From Thermoanaerobaculia bacterium (GTDB lineage Bacteria > Acidobacteriota > Thermoanaerobaculia > UBA5066): 34,217 nucleotides of DNA. The stretch spans positions 1 to 34,217 of the forward strand of contig JBBRRY010000034.1 of the NCBI GenBank assembly GCA_038245905.1. Direction: 5' to 3'. The notes beneath the pieces were generated by a model. That model saw only the letters and a list, made by a program, of their open reading frames with translations, was not told the origin of the DNA and made no database searches. Made by a program: the position numbers and the translations under genes. Shown piece by piece: positions 30,235-34,217 of this stretch (its first letter is position 1; each line of letters begins with the position of its first letter).

Positions 30235-32652
30235 TCAGTGCGCTCCGGTCGTGGCGCCGGTGAGCGGCCCGTCACCGCGGAGGAGCAGGAGCCCACCTCG
30301 GAGCGCCGCTCCGCGAAGTGTCACGGCCAGCGCCTCGCCGAGATCGTCGACGGGATGAACGGCGATCATGTCGCGGACCTCCTTCGGCAGGTCGAGGAGA
30401 TCGGCCTCGTTGTCCTTCGGGATCACGATCGTCCGGATGCCCGCCCGAACGGCTCCGAGCACCTTCTCCTTGAGCCCGCCGATCGGAAGCACGCGCCCCG
30501 AGAGCGTGACCTCGCCCGTCATCGCGATGTCGTGCCGCGCCGGGATCTTCGAGAGGGCGGACACGATCGACGTGGCCATCGCGATACCCGCGGACGGTCC
30601 GTCTTTCGGGATCGCGCCCGCCGGCACGTGGATGTGGAGATCGCGCTCGAAGGCGTCGTCCGGGATGCCGAGGAGCGCCGCGTGCGAGCGAGCGTATGTC
30701 CAGGCGGCGCGGGCCGACTCCTTCATGACGTCCCCAAGCTGGCCCGTGAGCACGACCTCGCCCTTCCCCTTCATGAGCATCGCCTCGATGAACATGATGT
30801 CGCCGCCCGCCGGCGTGTAGTACATGCCGGTGGCGAGACCCACCTGGTCCGTGACGATCTTCTTCTCGGGGTGCACGCGCTTCTTCCCGAGGAGCGGAAA
30901 GACGTCCGCCTGGTCGACGGTGGCGGCCGCGACCTCGCCCGCCGCGATCCGCCGCGCAACCTTGCGCCCGAGCTTTCCGAGCTCGCGCTCGAGCTGCCTC
31001 ACACCTGCCTCGCGGGTGTAGCTCGTGATGACCTCGGCAATCGCGCCGTCGGTCAGCGTGAGCTGCTCCGCCGTGAGGCCGTTCTCACCGAGCTGGCGGG
31101 GCACCAGGTATTGCCGCGCGATCGTAAGCTTCTCCTTCTCGGTGTAGCCCGCGAATTCGACGACCTCGAGGCGGTCGAGGAGAGGCGCGGGAATGCCTTG
31201 CAGTAAATTCGCCGTCGCGATGAAGAGAACCTCCGATAGGTCGAACGGCAGGCCGAGATAGTGATCCGTGAACGAGTCGTTCTGCGCGGGGTCGAGCACC
31301 TCGAGGAGCGCGCTCGCGGGATCTCCCTGAAACGACACGCCGAGCTTGTCGATCTCGTCGAGAAGGAAGACGGGGTTCTTCGTGCCTGCCTGCTTGAGCC
31401 CCTGAAGGATGCGGCCCGGCATCGCGCCGACATACGTTCTTCGATGGCCGCGGATGTCCGCCTCGTCGCGCGCGCCGCCGAGCGCGATGCGCACGTACTT
31501 GCGGCCCATCGCGCGCGCGATGGACTTCGCGATGGACGTCTTGCCGACGCCGGGAGGGCCGACGAAGAGCAGGATGCGGCCTTTGCCGGCGGGCGCGTCC
31601 TTGGCGTCTTTCATGTTCGCCCGCATCTGGCGCACAGCGAGGAACTCGAGGATGCGGTCCTTCACGTCGACGAGCGCGTAGTGATCCTCGTCGAGGACGC
31701 ACGAGGCCTCGTTCACGTCCAGCTTCTCTTCGCTGCGGGATCCCCACGGCAGCTCGGCCACGGTCTCGAGGAAGGTGCGGATGACCTGAGACTCCATCGA
31801 TTCCTTCCCGATCCGCTCGAGGCGCGACAGCTCGCGATCGACCTCCTTGCGGGCGTCCCCGGACAAGGGGTGCGCCGCGAGCTTCTTCTTGAGCTCCTCG
31901 AGATCGGCGGCCTCCTTGCCCTCGCCCTCGCCGAGCTCCTTCTGGATGGCGCGGAGCTGTTCGCGGAGAAGCATCTCGCGCTGGCGATCGCCGATCTGCT
32001 CCTTGACCTTCGACTGGATGTCCTCCTGGGCCGCGAGGACTCCGATCTGCCTCTGCACGGCGACGAGCACGCGGCGCAGGCGGTCCTCCACCGACAGCAT
32101 CTCGAGAAGCTGCTGCCTCTCGGGCGTCGGTATGTCGATGTAGCCCGCGACGAGATCCGCCAGGAGGCCCGGCTCGTCGACCTGGGTGAGGAACTGTTCC
32201 GCGGCGTCGTCCGGCAGACCCATCTTCGTGCCGAGCTCGACGGCGCGCTCGCGCGCTTCCTTGTGGAGCGCCGAAAAGAGCGGGTCCTTCGGGTCCGTGG
32301 GCGCCATCTCCTGCGCGTCGACGACGACGGCCTCCATCATCCCGTTCGCCTTCTCGACGACGCGCATCGCGATGCCGCGCCGCTTGCCCTCGAGGAGCAG
32401 GCGCATCCCGCCCGGCCCGCGCTGGACTGAGCTGACGGTCGCGATCGTGCCGATCGTGAAGAGGCCCTCCGGCGTCACGCGTTCGACGTCGGCGCGCTGC
32501 GCCACCGCGAAGATGAGCGAGTCCGGCTGGCGGACGGCGTGCTCGATGGCGCGCAGGGTTCCCGCGCGCCCCGCCGAGATCGGGAAGCTGACACCGGGGA
32601 AAAGGACGGCGTTGCGAAGGGGAAGGACGGGCAGAGTCAGTGTTTCCGACAT
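30235..32652 (-). CDS. lon: ATP-dependent protease La (LonA-type, 805 aa)
   Basis: LPVLPLRN.VLFPG N-domain, GPPGVGKTS, GHRRTYVGAMPG, LLDEIDK, PKDGPSAG (catalytic Ser), IGGLKEK (catalytic Lys). Confidence 0.97.
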   Translation of the reverse strand: MSETLTLPVLPLRNAVLFPGVSFPISAGRAGTLRAIEHAVRQPDSLIFAVAQRADVERVTPEGLFTIGTIATVSSVQRGPGGMRLLLEGKRRGIAMRVVEKANGMMEAVVVDAQEMAPTDPKDPLFSALHKEARERAVELGTKMGLPDDAAEQFLTQVDEPGLLADLVAGYIDIPTPERQQLLEMLSVEDRLRRVLVAVQRQIGVLAAQEDIQSKVKEQIGDRQREMLLREQLRAIQKELGEGEGKEAADLEELKKKLAAHPLSGDARKEVDRELSRLERIGKESMESQVIRTFLETVAELPWGSRSEEKLDVNEASCVLDEDHYALVDVKDRILEFLAVRQMRANMKDAKDAPAGKGRILLFVGPPGVGKTSIAKSIARAMGRKYVRIALGGARDEADIRGHRRTYVGAMPGRILQGLKQAGTKNPVFLLDEIDKLGVSFQGDPASALLEVLDPAQNDSFTDHYLGLPFDLSEVLFIATANLLQGIPAPLLDRLEVVEFAGYTEKEKLTIARQYLVPRQLGENGLTAEQLTLTDGAIAEVITSYTREAGVRQLERELGKLGRKVARRIAAGEVAAATVDQADVFPLLGKKRVHPEKKIVTDQVGLATGMYYTPAGGDIMFIEAMLMKGKGEVVLTGQLGDVMKESARAAWTYARSHAALLGIPDDAFERDLHIHVPAGAIPKDGPSAGIAMATSIVSALSKIPARHDIAMTGEVTLSGRVLPIGGLKEKVLGAVRAGIRTIVIPKDNEADLLDLPKEVRDMIAVHPVDDLGEALAVTLRGAALRGGLLLLRGDGPLTGATTGAH

Positions 32653-32660
32653 GGTCCTTT

Positions 32661-32686
32661 AACGCGGCCGATTCCCGCGCTATTCC
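32661..32686 (-). promoter_or_regulatory. Putative ECF sigma (SigR/SigH-like) promoter of lon
   Basis: Minus strand GGAAT (32686-32682), N18, GTT (32663-32661), 8 nt before the ATG. Confidence 0.45.
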
Positions 32687-32701
32687 CCGATGTGAGTCAT
32701 C

Positions 32702-33892
32702 TCAACGCAGATCGACAGAAGATGTTTTCCTGGAATAGTTTAAGGGATGCCGCAGGAGCTTTGCGAGGATGTCCACGCCGCGCAGTGCGGCATCCTTCGG
32801 GACCGCCGTGTAGCAAAGCCTCACGTGCGTCGGGTAGGGACCGAAGCTGGGTCCGGGCGCGAGAAACAGCCCTTCGTCCGCCGCGTCCTCGAGCAGCCCG
32901 CCGAGTCCTCGAACATCGAGCGCGTCGGCCACGTCGAGGAAAAGGAACGTGCCGCCCTCCGGCGCGGGGACGCCGAGCCGGCGCGCGGCCTCGGCGCCGG
33001 TCGCCGCGTATTCGGCGCGCGCCTCGGCAACCCATCCATCGCCTGCGCCCGCGAGGATGAGGAGCGCCGCGTGCTGGGACACCGTCGGAGCGCTGTAGAT
33101 CGTGTGCGCGCCGAACTTCACGATCTGAGCGAGGGCGGCCTCAGGTCCGACGAGCCAGCCGCAGCGCGCGCCCGCGAGGCCCCACGCCTTCGAGAGCGAG
33201 TGGGCCGCGACCGTGCGCTCGGGAGCGAGGGCGTACGCGCGGCTGTGCGCCCCGGCGTACGCGTAGAGCTCGTACACCTCGTCCGCGAGGAGCCAGAGGC
33301 CCCGCTTGCGGGCGAAGTCCGCGAGGGCCGCGACGGTCCCGGCCGGCAGCATCCGCCCGGTCGGATTATTTGGCGTGTTGAAGTAGAGCGCGACGGTCCT
33401 CTCCGTCGTGTGCGCACTCACAGCGGCCATGACGGCCGCGGGCGAGAGGTCGCCCGTAAACACCTCGACCTCGACGGGCGTCGCGCCCGCGAGGCGGACG
33501 TGGCCCTCGATGAGCGGCCAGCGCGGCCCGAGGAGGAGGACCTCGTCGCCCGGGCCCGTGAGCGCGCCGCAGGCCGCCATGAGCCCGGCCGTCGCGCCGC
33601 CCGTCACGAGGACGTTCGCGCGCGATACCGGAATCCCGGCGTCGGCCGAGGCTCGCGCCGCGATCGCGTCGCGCAGCGCGGGCAGCCCCTGGATGTCCGT
33701 GTACCGGTTCACGCCCGGGATCCCACTTCCGAGCTCTTCCGGCCTCGCTCCGGCGGGCGCCGTCCGATAGGTGTCGCCGACGTGGAGCGGGAAGGCCTCT
33801 CCCTCGTAGGTGTCCATACGGCCAAGCAGGCTCGAGTACGGGCTCCCGCGGAGCGCTGCGGCGGCGGGTGACGTGGCGGGCGGACGAGGCAC
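32702..33892 (-). CDS. PLP-dependent aminotransferase class I/II
   Basis: GLPALR.AIA, V.VT.G, NTPNNPTG, DEVY, SLSKAWGLAG.R.GW (PLP Lys), C-terminal VRLCY. Confidence 0.92.
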   Translation of the reverse strand: MPRPPATSPAAAALRGSPYSSLLGRMDTYEGEAFPLHVGDTYRTAPAGARPEELGSGIPGVNRYTDIQGLPALRDAIAARASADAGIPVSRANVLVTGGATAGLMAACGALTGPGDEVLLLGPRWPLIEGHVRLAGATPVEVEVFTGDLSPAAVMAAVSAHTTERTVALYFNTPNNPTGRMLPAGTVAALADFARKRGLWLLADEVYELYAYAGAHSRAYALAPERTVAAHSLSKAWGLAGARCGWLVGPEAALAQIVKFGAHTIYSAPTVSQHAALLILAGAGDGWVAEARAEYAATGAEAARRLGVPAPEGGTFLFLDVADALDVRGLGGLLEDAADEGLFLAPGPSFGPYPTHVRLCYTAVPKDAALRGVDILAKLLRHPLNYSRKTSSVDLR

Positions 33893-33898
33893 GCGCGC

Positions 33899-33904
33899 AT
33901 CGTA
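33899..33904 (-). promoter_or_regulatory. -10 element (TACGAT) of a leaderless promoter for the aminotransferase
   Basis: 6 nt before GTG 33892; no SD. Confidence 0.55.
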
Positions 33905-33981
33905 GCGAAACGGTCCCTCGAATGTGCCGTTTCGGCTCCGCCTTACGCGTTACTATCGAGAATCGATCTCTGGAGGTTCCC

Positions 33982-34217
33982 TTGCGCAAGAAGATCCTGA
34001 TTGCCCTGTTGCTCGTCACCGGCTCGATCTCCGCCCCCGCGATGGACAAGGTTCGCGTCGAGACGAACGTCGACGTCGCGATCGCGAAGTACGGCGTCAC
34101 CGGCCGCGGCGTCATCGTCGCGCTTCTCGACCGTGGAATCGACTGGAAGAACGCGGACTTCCGGAACGCCGACGGGACGACGCGGATCGCGTACATCCTC
34201 GATTTCACGGACAACTC
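33982..34217 (+). CDS. Secreted S8 (subtilisin-like, CspA-type) peptidase, 5' part only; absent from the ORF track
   Basis: TACTAT (33951-33956), SD GGAGG, TTG 33982. Translation: MRKKILIALLLVTGSISAPAMDKVRVETNVDVAIAKYGVTGRGVIVALLDRGIDWKNADFRNADGTTRIAYILDFTDN, matching the S8 catalytic-Asp motif TG.GV.VA..D.GID....DF...DG.TRI. Confidence 0.85.
   Translation, partial: MRKKILIALLLVTGSISAPAMDKVRVETNVDVAIAKYGVTGRGVIVALLDRGIDWKNADFRNADGTTRIAYILDFTDN

Overview
A GC-rich (roughly 70%) bacterial chromosomal segment that is mostly housekeeping. The gene content suggests Acidobacteriota (Thermoanaerobaculia-like); this is an inference, not a database result. Gene order: DEAD-box helicase (RhlE-like), cyclase-family hydrolase, SPFH/YdjI-like plus YdjG-like Zn-ribbon pair, membrane protein with tandem PsbP-like domains, YCF48-like lipoprotein, Phd-VapC toxin-antitoxin pair, S46 dipeptidyl peptidase, nadC-nadB, Ser/Thr kinase-TPR, DAG-kinase-family protein, ruvB, ruvA, PpiD/SurA-like chaperone, a FecR/Ig-domain bitopic protein directly ahead of mreBCD-mrdA-rodA-rng, an MFS transporter, Lon, a class I/II aminotransferase, and the start of an S8 subtilase. 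I saw no rRNA, tRNA, CRISPR array, integrase or transposase. The most notable signals are: (1) eight genes have a TANNNT-type -10 hexamer 6-7 nt before an SD-less start codon, suggesting widespread leaderless transcription; (2) a SigW-like ECF promoter sits on the ydjI/ydjG-like pair and a SigR/SigH-like ECF promoter sits on lon; (3) a 16-bp direct repeat brackets the TA pair; (4) a multi-conformation RNA element with a terminator lies between rng and the MFS gene; (5) an uncharacterised FecR-Ig protein may be an elongasome accessory. Many start codons in the supplied ORF track were corrected.
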